Assembly (NCBI GenBank): GCA_965153355.1
Contig: OZ231126.1
Coordinates: 5,642,001 to 5,706,000, forward strand
Reading direction: 5' to 3'
DNA length: 64,000 bases
Origin: Flaccisagitta enflata
Taxonomy: Eukaryota
The number at the start of each line of letters is the position of its first letter. The first letter of the stretch is position 1. Positions 26,905-50,800 of this stretch are shown in pieces. The position numbers were made by a program, and so were the translations under genes. The notes below the pieces were generated by a model, which worked only from the letters and a program-made list of their open reading frames with translations, was not told the DNA's origin and ran no database searches.

Positions 26905-28850
26905 TTTTTTTAGTCGCGTGCTACGCGACTCTACACCCCGCTTTGTCGGTCCGTCCGTCAGTCCGTCGGTCTGTCGGTCCGTCCATCGGTCTGTCCGTCA
27001 CACTTTACTTTTTCTGGGTTTTTGCGGTCTTTGGCCTCACTGCTCCTGGACGATTTCAGCAAGAGGCTCACACATCAATTTTCCCTGACCAGCCCATGGC
27101 TGAGAGCGCATTACCAATGGACTACACACGCACGTTGAATACAACGTGAAGATTACGAAAAAGGTATAGCACCCCCTCTTGCAGTTCATGTTACCATAGC
27201 CACATAGTCGTGTATGGTATCATTCAATAGGTTGTCTCAATACAATTTACGCCACCGAGGCTATTTTTCAATTTCGCCTCCGTTCAAGAGATATACACCC
27301 AAAAAGGCGGATTTTTTGACCTCCCAAGGGGGTGTCCGCCGCCAGTGTTTGGGGTAGAATTTCTCAAGAACGAGATCGAAATTAAAAAATCGCCTCGGTG
27401 GCGTAAATTGTACTGTAACAAGCTACAGAATGATACCCCATATGATCCTGTGGAAGTTTTGTCCAAAGCTGTAGGTGGGGGTGCTAACCGTTTTTTACGG
27501 TTTTTGCAATCTTCTCGTTGTATTACGCGAGGAAGTGTAGGAACTTGCAATTGATATCATCACCATTAAATGTTAAAGGAGGCATATTGGTATGATTTTA
27601 AGCAGGCTAAAGCAGGTAGAATTATTTTTTTTCTCGAAAACTACGTCCATACGAGGTCACTTTAACACTTCATTTTCTTGTAACAAAAATGTAACAGTAC
27701 TTATTTAGGCATTATCTTGAGGTCTAATCCGTGTTTAAAGGGACCACGGACATTTGTTGTCACCATTCGGTCATGTTTAACAGATACAATCCTCCTCGCA
27801 ATTAAAACGTGTTCAATTTTTTTCATTTATAGCATCTGAGAGTGGAGGAGGAAAATCAGGAATTTTTGGACAAATTTAAAGGAAATGCCTAATAGATTCA
27901 ATATAATCTACATAATGGGCGAAAGAGCCATCAAATATAGGCTTTGGTCACCCTACATTTCCTAAGGAAGATCGCTGAAAAAAAAATTGCGCAAAAAAGT
28001 AAGAGAAAGAATTTCTATGGGAGGATTTTGAATTTCGGACAATTACGGTTTTTCAACAATTTAATTGTCCCATCCACGTCCAACAAATATCAGTTGTAGA
28101 TTTTTCTCTGAAAAAGTTCTTTATGAATTCGCAATGACTCACATATGTTGGTCCAACCTAATGGTACGCAATCAAGATGAATTTGGCTTGGCTTGACCTG
28201 ATTTTCACGATCTAAGGGGTGAAAATTGAATTTCGGACAATTACGGTTTTTCAACAATTCACGCGCAACATGATGAGGCTACCTTCACTGCTTGCCTAAA
28301 TTCTTTTACGTCTCTAGTCTGTGGGTTTTACGGTCAAAGTTATAGTACTAATGATTACGTGAGTCTTATAAATTGATAATACTGACTGTGTCCACTTTAA
28401 AAATTGGTCTCCACCCCCCCCCATATTTCCTCAGGGGACGTGAGGCTCGACGCGAGACGGACTTGGTAAAAAAAAATGTCGTCAAAAAAATCGAAATTTT
28501 GAAAACATGATTTTTGTACGTTCCAGACAATTCTGAATCGATTGAGACCAACTTTTTTTTTGCAAAAAATTTTTTTCCCTCCCCCCACCTCTTAGCCCCC
28601 CCCCCCCCGCCGTGGGCTGTTAGGGGCGCCATTAAGTGAAAAAAATAGCTGATTCTCATTGTCAAGATGTTTAGATTCAGGATTCGACTACAGTCAACCC
28701 AAATAATCCAATTCTTAAAGTGCGAGTTTTTCATCGCCAAGTGTGAGCCTCTTGCTGAAATCGTCCTCCTGCCCAAGTGATCAAGTGACCTTGAATACGG
28801 CCCCTGCCCACCCGCACGCGACTTGGGTAGCCGTGTATCCGGCCTTGTTT
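26905..28850 (+). mobile_element. HINE family A copy split by a 1.7-kb TIR element
   Basis: The halves 26905-27047 and 28767-28850 rejoin to match the intact copy at 35858-36085. Confidence 0.85.
27048..28766. mobile_element. non-autonomous TIR transposon
   Basis: Perfect 26-bp TIR GGACGATTTCAGCAAGAGGCTCACAC; TSD TCCT (or CTCCTG if the ends are shifted 1 nt); internal inverted repeat ~27160-27490; no transposase ORF. Confidence 0.9.
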
Positions 28851-29648
28851 CTTCTTCTTCTTCATGCCTTCTAAGCGAACTCGAAAAACCTTGTCTAACA
28901 CCTATTTCATGCCTTCTAGTGAAATTTGCCTTATAGGCGGGTGCGTTATAGGCGGGTTTCCTCAACAATAAAATTAAGGCAAATAAGTTGGGGCTTATGA
29001 AAATATGCCATTTAGCGAGGGATGCCTTATTAGCGGGTGCGCTCTAGTGAAGCTCGACTGTATTATATTGTGTGTCTGTTTCATTTGCATCGTTACCCTT
29101 CCGCATATCAATTCCGATGTCCCTGCCCTCATCACCCCTCAACGATGAGTTGACGCATATGAATTCCATTGCATCAGCCAGCTTGCCAGCCCCTCATCAA
29201 TAAGTTACAAAAAAGTCAATTTCAGTGCCCCTGCCCTCATCGCCCCGTAGCGTTACAGTTCCAGCCAGCCGTTTTAGTATTACAGTTCCAGTGCCCCTCA
29301 TCAAAACTCCAACCGTACCTTTGATGCAGTGTATGAAAAGCTCGGGCATCGTAGACCCAATGTTGACGCCTCCGCGCTTCCCAGTGCATGCATTCCGCGC
29401 CAGCCATGTTTATTTCAAGATCGGTTGATTGATTGACTGATTTGTTGATTATCAAGGCGATGAATTCTCTTCAAGTGGAGGGTGGTTTGAAAATTGGAAT
29501 AACCTCTTTTCTTTCGGTTTGAAATGATTTTCAAAACGAAACTAAAAGAAAATGCTTGAATTGGCTCTTTCCGATTAAGTTTGATGTTGGATTTTGTCAA
29601 GGGGAGTCGATTGCGTGGTAGCCATGGTCAAGATTCTAAGGTTTCTGG

Positions 29649-30465
<817 letters not shown>

Positions 30466-31673
30466 TTCTATGGCCACTCATCATCATTCGAGATGAGACA
30501 TGTTGATTTGAGATCGCATGCTAGTCTCCCCTCTTGAATTTTCTTTACTAGATGATCATTTACCACCATTTCAAGAGCTTGCTGATTTAACTTTTAAAAG
30601 CTACGAGACTGTTCAATGAGGTCCGTTGGGCCGTCACTACTTGTGTATCCGGCTTTGTTTGATGTTGATCTTTTTGTCTGAATTTATCCGAGGCCCTCAA
30701 TTATCTCGTCTAAAGGGTTAACCTTCACCCTGTTTTTAGGTGTGCCAACGCACCTCTATATTCGGTCGAGACTGTCCGTCGGTTGGGTGGTCGATCTGTC
30801 TGTCACGCAATCTTTGACGATCCACAAAGCGCGCATATTGGTCTACTTGGCCTAGCTAAATGCCTGACTGTGTTCTTGGAGTTGGTGTTCTCCATCCAGC
30901 TTTCTATGAAAGTCGGACAACATTACTACTCAACCCTACCTTACTTAAGGATGAGAGCCTTTGGAGCTCTCACTAGTGTTTAATCCGGACCCATCACAAC
31001 TATCCTTAGTAATGAAAAACAACCAAGTCTATCTTTACATTATCATGAAATTGTTCAAAAAAAAAAAAAAAAAAAAAAAAAAATCAAACCAAACAGAAAA
31101 AATCAATAATTTCAACCTGTTTGCTACAAGTGCCAATGACAAGAAAGAGTGCCAGATGAGTGTGCTGAACCGGTGGGGCCTAATCCAAAGTCCCTCACAT
31201 CCATCTGATCTTCCCATTGTAAAAGGCTCATGCAACCCACAACTTAAAATCAAAATTTTCTCCACTGATTGAGACCATTTTCTCAAACATTCCATGTCAA
31301 CCCAAAATAAAAAGACCCAAAGAAGTCAGCACATCCTTATTATTTAAAGCAAACAAATTACCAAATGATTATGTAGCTATCAAAGGATAATCTAGATATC
31401 AAAGGCAATGTTGCTAAAAACCATACCATTAGAGGCAAGAATCGAGAATCAACCATGTGGGACCGCCGGCATTCTATACCATGGTACTGAAATATATGAA
31501 AGTCGGACAACATTATACATGATATATTACATGATATATTAGATGTGTTTGACATCCTCTGCCAAAAAATAAATCTTCTCCAACAGCCGAAGCTGTTCTC
31601 AGAATCGATGATTTCGTTCAAATTTGTCCGCTCTCAACAACAAATAGAAAAGAGAACACAAAGCGTCAGCTCT

Positions 31674-31741
<68 letters not shown>

Positions 31742-31763
31742 TAAGAAATCTCAGAAAAAAAAA

Positions 31764-31827
<64 letters not shown>

Positions 31828-32027
31828 GTCTCGCCGACGGCAAGGAGAGAGCCATAGCCTCTTGTGTTTTGTTCCACTAAAAGATGTTAGATGTTAGTCT
31901 ATTGCCGCTGGCGGTATGTAAAGAACAATTGAGGAGTTTCTAATCCTATGGTACTATAACAAAGACCAGCTTCTCTTTATCCACAGATTCCTCACTGACC
32001 CCCCCCCCCTTCCTCCTCATCATCACG

Positions 32028-35000
32028 ATGGATGATTGTCTCTCATCCGCCGGCGCCCTTCCTCGCCTCCAGGACAAATTGGCGTTTGTCTCGAGCGCCT
32101 TTAAATGCGTCTCCATCCCACTCGGACTCTATCTCTGCTTCTCTTCGGTTTTATTCGATGACAATTTGTTGGTGACTCAAACCGTAATTTGCATGAAATG
32201 TCTCATCGTCTTGAATTTCATCCTTTGGACATTTGCCACTGTATTTACGTGGACGAAAACCGTCGCCGCGTCGTCGTCGTCGTCGAAAAAAGTCAAAGTT
32301 AAATTCGGCTACTTGTTTAAGGTGAGTGCTGAGATTCGACTGTGTTCCATCGGGAGATGAGATGGGGGCATTTGTTTTAATTTGTATTTTATTTTCCCCG
32401 TGCACGTGGCAGCGTCATCGCCGTAAAAGCGGGTTCCCGAACAGGTGCCCATGATCAGGTGGCGTACCACCTGCAAATTGTTCATAACGTTGCACAGACC
32501 TCGTCGATTAGGGTTCGGCGTTATGTAAAGACGGGACCATAATAAGAGTGGAGGGACCCTAAGTGTTACATTACCCCCCTCCCTACAGCTTATATGGTTC
32601 AATCCATTTCCATAATTGCAGTGGCTGTTGATACCTTTGGTGGATAAAAATTGTGCCCCCGTGGCGATAAAATTTCTCAATTTCCACCCTGAACCCCTTC
32701 TCAAATTTGTTAAAATTTTGATATGAAATTGGCCCGTTGGGGGGTTAAAGGTAAAAATTAAAAATCGCTACTGTGGCGCCAATTGTATCCATCTAAGGTG
32801 TCAACCGCCACTGCAAGCGAGGAAATTGAATGAATCATGTGAGCTGTAGAAAAAAATAGGTCCCTCCGCTCTTATTTGGGTCCCGTCTGTGGGTGTCATC
32901 TTACTGCGAGTGAGGCGGAGAGGATGACTTTTGATTAGATAGGATTTGAGTAGATTCTTTCAGTATTTTGAAAAATGAGTGGGGTTGGGAAAGTGCTGGG
33001 AGGTTTCCACGTAGATGGTTTAATAGCTCTGCAGCTTAGGTTTGTTTAAATTGTATTTGTTTGATCAATTGATGTGTTTTAGACCTCCCAGAAAAACTCA
33101 TTTTATTGAAAAGTGCTCGTCCCTGCAGCTTTTCTCAAAGAAAATACACCAAACTTGACCAAAGAATAACAATTCAGCAGAAAAAATTGGTTTTGAATAT
33201 TTTTTTTTTTTTTTTTGCGGAAGTGTTAGGTCAAAGGTGATATTAAGTCAAAATTTAAGAATATGAATTTTGCAAATCTGATTGCAGATTCATGATCCTT
33301 GCAAAAAACTGTCCCAAGGAAGTGCTCTTTTTTGATATTCCATCGGGAAGATTGTCAAAATTGAGGTAAAAAATCTGAAGAGGGCCAACTTAAAACAAAA
33401 AAAGTATTTTGACCCGATCTAGATCTTTGACCTTAATTTTGACTTTGTTCCTGAAGAAATATCAATAAAAGAAGAGCACTTTCTTTTGACAGTTTTTTTG
33501 CAAGAATTATGAATCTGTTCATCAGATTTATAAAATTCACATTTTGAAATTTTGACCTTTGGCCTAATACTTCCGCCATAAAAAAATTTTTGCTGCTGAT
33601 TTCTTATTCTGTGTCGAAAAAAGCTGCATGGATTATTACTTTTTGGGCAGCGGCCCCAAAGGGCTGATGTCCTGTAGGACACAGGGGTGAATTTCCAGAC
33701 GTCCGTACGTCCGTCCGTCCGTCCGTACGTCCCCCCCCGAGGCCCCTCTCAGACCCCAAATCAGCCCTCTCAGACCCCAAATCAGCCCTCTCAAGCCCAA
33801 AATCAGCCCTCTCAAGCCCAAAATCAGCCCTCTCAGGCCCAAAATCAGCCCTCTTAGACTCAAAATCAGCCCTCTCAGACCCAAAATCAGCTCTTTCAGC
33901 TCCAAAATCAGCTCTTTCAACTCCAAAATTAGCTCCAAATTAGCCCCAAATCAGCCCTCTCAAGCCCGAAATCAGCCCTCTCAGGCCCTAAATCAGTCCT
34001 CTCAGGCCCAAAATCAGCCTTTTCAGCTCCAAAATTAGCTCTCTAATACCCTAAATCAGCCTTGTCAGGCTCAAAATCAAGCATGTCAGCCCTTTAATGT
34101 GCCTTCTCAGGACGTCTGGAAATTCACCCCTGTGTCCTACAGGACATTGGCCCTTTGGGGCCGCTGCCCTGCTCTCACTCCACTTCTTCAGTTGATCACT
34201 CCTAGCAGGGCATCGGGTACCGCTGACCATGTGCGATCCTTGGATGACTAGTTAACAAAATGAGTTATTCTGGGAGACCTAATGTGTTGTTTAATATTAC
34301 TTTTTAAATGATTGATAATGACAAATGTGTTGAGAGCGGGATCATTTGATAATTTCCTTTTCCTAAAATGGCTGATCATTGCTTCGTTTGATTCTCGAAT
34401 TTTCTTTGTAACCTTATCTTCTTCCTTTGACTCTTCGTTCAGTGCCTCATCTCCATGTTGGTGGTAACGTGTGGTCTTCACGTATTCATCGTGTTATTCG
34501 GCGCGCCTCTGACGGTGGAAGTCGCGGAGACGTTTTATTTGGCCGCTCTCAGCGCCGGTCTCAGTCTTTGGCCTTGCATCTTTCTTTACGGACTGCAATG
34601 GGATCATTGGGTCACCGCCATCTGCGTCTTTGATGGATCGCCTTTCACGGGTAACTTTTGTTTTGATACGGCTTCCCCTTATTGATTTTAGTTATGGACG
34701 GTACTCATGGATCGATTAACCATCTCTTTTCGTAACGTTTCTGACTAACGGACAGTGCCTTTAATAGAGCCGATAGTCCACACGACAAAGTCGAAGAAAA
34801 GATTGTGTGGTCTTCTGGCGGAAAGACTCACTGCCTGCCACAACATGTTCCTAACAGTCTCTACTATCTACCTCCATTTAGGCGTTGAAGGTTGCGTGAG
34901 TTTGGGTGGTAAAGGCGCTTTGATCGGACTCTGGTTAGGCGCCATTCCGATTCCTCTGGACTGGGATCGTCTGTGGCAACGGTGGCCAATAACCTGCGTC

Positions 35001-35099
35001 GTAGGAACGTTAATAGGCCACTTCATCGGACTATCTTGCTACGTCATCGCCACTCTCAAAGCTATGAAGAAAGACTCCAAAAGAAACAAACACATCTGA
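32028..35099 (+). CDS. PIGF: phosphatidylinositol-glycan biosynthesis class F protein (PIG-F/GPI11), 239 aa
   Basis: Exons 32028-32321, 34443-34650, 34882-35099, all in phase; hydrophobic protein with VLFGAPL and WLGAIPIPLDWDRLWQRWP, the PIG-F signature. Confidence 0.93.
32529..32888. mobile_element. MITE-like element
   Basis: AGACGGGACC-ATAATAAGAGTGGAGGGACC is inverted at ~32859-32888; no TSD seen. Confidence 0.55.
33124..33628. mobile_element. degenerate foldback MITE
   Basis: Arms of ~250 and ~210 bp are inverted copies (e.g. GCGGAAGTGTTAGGTCAAAGGT / ACCTTTGGCCTAATACTTCCGC). Confidence 0.7.
33640..34253 (+). mobile_element. HINE-like family B copy
   Basis: TTTTGGGCAGCGGCCCCAAAGGG...AATTTCCAGACGTCC is inverted at ~34110-34170; 21-bp array (AAATCAGCCCTCTCAGACCCC)n; conserved 3' tail. 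Confidence 0.85.
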
Positions 35100-35765
35100 T
35101 CATGAAACTAACTTATAGTCCTGTATGCGTCATGTATTTTGGTATTTTGGCATATCGAGAAAGAATTGTTAATTTGCAGTTAGCTCAGATGGCGTTGTTT
35201 TCGCTTCTGTTTGCCGTTTCTCATTTCAGGTTGAGACCTAAAGAAACCAGCTCTCGATGTTGTCAGAATGTCAGATGTAAGGTCCTCATAGCTCGAGATA
35301 CAAGCTTGGGTCCACTGGCGTCAAGTCAGTATCCGTTGTAGTACAATCCACAGAGCGAATTTGTTCGGGCGCATATTCTGAATGAATGAATAAAGCAACC
35401 AATGAGTGAGTGAATGAATGCGTTATGACGATGAGAGTGATATTGCTTCTTTTGTCCGAGAGTGTCGTCTACGTACTTCTTTCGTTTTGACCTAGAAACG
35501 ATCTTTGTTTTCATTGCCGTGTCCAATTTTGTTATTTATTTATCATGATTTCATTTTCAGCAAATAATTGAAATACACTCTCCCTCCCCTTTACCCTGAT
35601 TTTCTGCTGCGTCGTTTTGAATCAAATCGTCAGTTTAAACTTTGAAAACCAAAACAAAACTACAAAAGAGATTGGAAGTTGATATTGATGCCCTGGAGAC
35701 TGATTTTGGGATCATCTGGAGATTGACGGGGCGCGATTGTGAGTGGAATCTTCGAGTTGATCAGG

Positions 35766-43955
<8,190 letters not shown>

Positions 43956-44759
43956 TATAATCTCTCGGCGTCCGTGGTAATAATCCCTTCCATCTTCCCC
44001 TTCCCTGTCTCCCGTCTGTCTCTTTATCTCTCTGGCTTCATGTTCTTTTCCTTCTCTAACACCGGACATGATTTTCAATAACGTGATACTGTCGCGCGTC
44101 TTCGAATTTACATTCTCTCTCCTCTAACAATGGTAGCTTTCCGAAAAAAAAGCCTCTCGATCGACTACGCAAAAAGACCAACAAAAAAAAACATAAACAA
44201 AGACATTTGAGTTTTTTTAGTGAACTGCGGTTCAGTACTAGATCAACTTTATTTATTTAATGGTATGTTATTAAGTCTGGATGTAGCCGTCTCTTCGCAT
44301 GGAGTTTTATTGGTTCTTTTTCGTCCACGCTGTGTTTCATTATGCGTTCAAAAGCATCTCTGCCTGGACGGTGGTGTGACGAAATATATGTGTATCTTAT
44401 ATAGAGCCGACGCAGCGAATCTTAGTTGTCAATTATATTTTTTTTTTCTTCTCGAATTTCATGGCGAAACGACGTTTCCCCCCGTCTTTTCAGTGGGTGC
44501 CGATTTATTGACCTAGTCACTTCCGGTAGTTATTCTCTCTCTTCTTCTACAAAAACCCGACTAAAAACAAATTAGATAATCAAAAACAATTCTGATGACT
44601 TAAACACAATTTCTAGAGAAAACGGTCCGATGTATGTGTCATATCTGACCGTAGAATCTGCGCATGTTATATCATTTAGTACGCTGAGATATTGAAATTG
44701 TGCCATCTCAATCGTTTCAAGTTAAGACGCGCGGCCTTCCAGTTCTAGTTTGAGGAATA

Positions 44760-44990
44760 CTATCTTCGCCAAAAGAAACGCAGCAGTTATAGAAATAGCA
44801 TCAACTTTGGAATAATTCTGCTCTTGAACGAATAAAGCTACACTTCCCAGATTGGTCCCATTTTAAAGATTAAAAGGAGGGCTTTAAAATGGGACCAATC
44901 TGGGGTCTATAACTTTGATCGTTTAGGAGCAATACTCTTCCAAAGTTGATGCTATTTTTAAAATTGCTGCGTTTCTTTCGGCGAAGATAG
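44760..44990. mobile_element. palindromic MITE, TA TSD
   Basis: TA|CTATCTTCGCCAAAAGAAACGCAGCA...TGCTGCGTTTCTTTCGGCGAAGATAG|TA; foldback over nearly the whole length. Confidence 0.85.
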
Positions 44991-45599
44991 TAACAACCCC
45001 CCCCCCCCACAATCCCCCTACCCCCTTGACACTTCCCCTCCCCCTCTTTGCCCTCAATCAAAACTACTTCCTTGGCTAAAATTATTTCTAGTTTTAAGAG
45101 ATAATCGTATTCTTATAGAATAAAATGGTCGAAATGATGTATAAGCGTTGATACAAGACCTTTTCCATTAAATGAAAGAAAAATGTGCTTTGATGCTTTA
45201 CTAACTAAAAGTTCGTCCTTTGATGAAATTTTTTTTTTGAGGGGAGTTCATACTGTTTTTTTTTACACTCGAGAGTCGCAATTTTCTACACTATTGAATG
45301 GGTTCCATGATTACATTTAGCTTTGAAGGAGGGTAAGACTTCGTTGCAGTAATATTATTCGCGTTTTGGTTAGTCCAAATATGTAGCGGAAATTTTCGTA
45401 GCCTCTTTTTTTCTAGGTTGTTATGAAATTTTGATTTTAACTTGCATTAAGTTTTTAAACAAAAAAAAATTATCGCCTAAGATTTGTTTTTTGTACAAGG
45501 AAGGAGGCGTTTTTTTAGGGTTCTAAAAGTTGCGCTTGACGAAGAAAAGCGATCGTTTTTATCTAACTTGAAAGACTCGTTTAAAAGCCAATCCCCAAA

Positions 45600-46908
<1,309 letters not shown>

Positions 46909-47238
46909 CTCGACACTCGCTCCCTAATCTCACCTCTCTTCATCTTTTCAGCCTTCGTGTCGTCCTGCTATCTATCTGCCTTTCTGTACTTGTGTTCGCC
47001 CGTCCGTCCTTATATCCGCCCATCTATTCTATCCCGGTTGACAAAAGGGATAAAACCTTCGTCGGACATTCCTAGATTTATATTTGTAGCCCGTACAAAG
47101 ATGTTTTTGTGCTTTTAATCGCAGAATATTTCTGTCTTCTCTCTTTCTTTTTTTCTTTTGTTCCTTCTTTCTCTCTCTCTCTTTCTTTTTCTTTTTCTTT
47201 CTTCTTCTTTCTTTCTGAATGTATGTTTCCTCTTTCCT

Positions 47239-47300
<62 letters not shown>

Positions 47301-47860
47301 TCGTCCCCTTGTTCGATTCATTCCCAGAGTAATTTTCACTCATGAAAGCAAATACTGCCAAATCGTTCATCGCATTTGAGTTCATCGATACGAAATTCAT
47401 CGATTTAAAACAATTAGGATGTTATTTGCCAGATCAGCGCATTCATTACTTACATGTTATCTTTTTTGTTACCCACGTTACCAATTGCGTATTCATTTTC
47501 GTTTACAACAAATCGATCGCTGTTTATTTCCCCCGTTTTCATGTACACATGTTTTTCGTCGCGCTATTTCGAAATTCACAGTCTCGTTTGTCGCAAAAAG
47601 AAAAAGAGAAAAGTTGTTTCATTATTGTCAATTATTGACGTATATATGGACGAAGACGATTACGCGTAATAGTGTACTTGTTATTCTTATAAAGTTCTTG
47701 GATTTTGCACAACATACATGTAACATGTTTTATATAAAGCAAGAAAAACAAAAATTCCTCGCGCGCGACCGTTTTTTTTTCCTATTTTTGCGAGCTTGTT
47801 TATTACTTCGTCTCCATTCTTTCTTTTTATAGTCCATATAGACTCCCTTCAAAAATTAAA

Positions 47861-50800
47861 ATGGATGCGGGGGAAGGGCGTTCGAGTCCCGCTCCATCCG
47901 GCAAAGGGCGTTCTTCGAGTCCGGCTGCTTCCGGCACTTCCGGTTCCTCATCGGTTGAGCCATCGGCGGCGCCTTCGCCGGCGCCCGAAAGGCCGGAATC
48001 TGCGCCACCACCGCCTTCCATCGAGGAACAATTATCGCGCATGAAGCCCTGTAAAGTGCTGCTTCGAGACTGTATGATGAACGGGAGAGACGATAACGAG
48101 GACGATGATGATGAAGATAATCATGAGACTGTTAACAATGGCGTGGCTGACGACGGATACGAGGACAGTTCAGAAACGCCGCCGATTCCCAAAGGAGGAG
48201 CTATATTACCCTCCGCGGCACCCGCCTTAGAGTGAGTGTTTACCTTCACCTGTGACTATGAAATTGATCAAGTCATGATCGCCTTGCGCTGTCTTTGACA
48301 TACTGACATGACTGACTAACTAGGGCTATCGCGGATTGAAAATCGCAATCGTAATCTAACAAGGCCGGATACACGGCCAATACCAGTCGCGGACGGGTGG
48401 GCAGGGGCGGAAATGCGTGTTTTCCCACTTTTCGACTCGAGCGTAACGGACCGACGGACGGACGGACGGACAAAGCCTCTTATAGAGTCGCTAGTCCGCG
48501 ACTAAAAAGGCATCCGTTAATCCGTCTCTCCAGTTCTCCCCCGCCCCCCTCCCCCCAGCCACGATTTCATAACCCGAAAGCAACCTGACATGATTTGGGA
48601 TGAATCATCTTCTAATTACAATAATATGACTGTTTTTTGCAGTAACTCCGATGACATGTTAAAGGCTCCTTCATCCGGCGTCGCGAAGCAGAAACCCAAA
48701 GAATCTCACACGAGCATTTACTCAACATCATTCAAACAATTCACGTTGAGATGCTGTTTCGCTCCTTGCAAATCTACCGCAGAATCCATTAGAGATATAA
48801 CCGACCATTTCAAGTAAGCACCAAAAATCTGTCTAAATTTGCTTTTTTTTTCTTTGCACATAGTCAAGTGCTGCATATAGAGGGGGCTAGCTGTTGTGCA
48901 ATTGTGGTTAAGAAATTTCATTTGATTCACGAGCATACTCTAAAATAAGACAATCCGGGTCTTGGATGTCATGAATCTTTTTTGCGGCTATTCAGGGTGG
49001 AGCACAATTTGTCCGCTGCTGCGATGGTGTGGGATAAGCCGATGGATCCAGGACAGACGGAACCCGAATGGCAAAAGAGATTCGAAGTGATCATCACGCA
49101 CGGAGAAAAGGAGTCGCTCGAACTGGCCAAAGGAGGATTTAAAAAGTCCGAAGGTCAGTTGGACGCAATTTGACACTGAAGGAATTTTTTTTTCAGTTGG
49201 CCATTGATGTATTTTTGACGAGACTTACTCACGTCAAGTACTATATTTAACTAGGTTGCTACATGGATGACAATGACAACTAAAGGCCGTCATTTTAGCG
49301 ATGGCAACTTTTTCATCCCTATTAGCTTGGCCTCAATTCCTCAACTCTACCTAATCATAACATATTTAACAGAGAAGAAGAAAGGCAAGGCCCAGTTTCA
49401 GTGTTCCCGATGCGACGTTCAGCAGCAACAGACTAAGTCGATGATACGGCACATTGAAGAGCATCATTGCGGCTTCAAGCGTTACACGTGCGGTTTGTGC
49501 GCCCATCAGACGCACGCCGTCCATTTGCAGTTGGAGCATTGGAACAAAGCCCACGCCGCCGCCATCGGAACCAAGGTGAGGCCGCTGGGGTTTTTGGTGG
49601 GTCATTTCCATCGTTGTACGTTTAAATGTATTAAAGTTATTTAGCAGCTTAAAAGCAGTATATGGTCAGCCGTAACCGCGCTCTGCTTAAAAATTGTTTG
49701 AGACCGATCTTTAAGTGGGCAACAGGGCCCCAAAGGGGCAAAGGGCCTGTAGAACACAGGAGGGAACCAAGATGAATGTACAGACAGGTGATGTTCATAT
49801 GGAAAGATGCATGAACAGTTAAACCCTACTGTAACGGATCCAAGAGCATCGTAAAAACTTGGTCCCTTCATAGCAATATCTTTTAGTTTCTATATTTGCA
49901 ATAACGGAAATCCGCCTTTAAGGCACATAGCAGTACTTATTTCTCGCGTGTATCATTTCCTCTAGGAGAGTCTGGTAATCTACAGTCGTCATTTGACGTT
50001 GAGTGAATTATCGGCCGACGAATTCGAGGAATATCGACGAAAGCGGCCAGAAAACTCCTCTGCCTCTTCCTCTTCAAAGACCAACTCCTCCTCCTCCATC
50101 ACCAATGGGGTCGTCGACGTCAAACCGGAAATGAATCGTTTGAAGGGGTCTTTGTCTACCACGAGCGTTGACAGCGGCGTCGTGGACGGCGGAGCGGAAC
50201 CGGAAATAACGCAACCGCCGCCAACAAAACGCGCCAGAACCAACAGTCAGAAACAATCGACGCCGACGCTGAAGCAGCAACCCCACGTGGTGGCTGCTGC
50301 GGCGACCTTTATGCCTCCGCCTTCGTCTCAGTTGCAGTCGTTGCCAGCTACTGCAACCCCGACGATGATACTCGCGACGCCGCCGACAACGGCCAAGACG
50401 GAGATGGCGACGGAACCTGGAGAATACGAGTTACTGATGCCGGTTCGAATCCGAGTATCCGACGATAAAATTCGATACATAACCTTCGGCGTTCCGCGTT
50501 CGGGAGATAAAGTAAAAGATCAGATCATTCAATTGCGTCAATTGGACACGCCGATGGTTTTACATCAGAATTGCTTCCCGGCGCCGCCATCCGGCGTGGC
50601 GTCATCGTTGGCCGTGGCGGCGCCGTCTATCGCCGCCGTCGGGGCCGCGGCTAAGCCTCGCGTCATGGCCTCGGCGAATGCCAACGTGGTTTCGATGCCG
50701 AATTACATCGCCACAGCAACCGGAAATCACCTCATCGTCCGGCCGCCGATTGCCGCCGCCGATCATGGACGACTCTCTTCGCCCTCCACCGCTTCCAACA

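Larger units (their letters stand above)
26317..29060. mobile_element. Tigger/pogo-like MITE (TA TSD) hosting nested elements
   Basis: TA|CAGTTAAGCTTCACTAGA...TCTAGTGAAGCTCGACTG|TA; sub-terminal GCCTTAT..GCGGG repeats. Confidence 0.65.
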
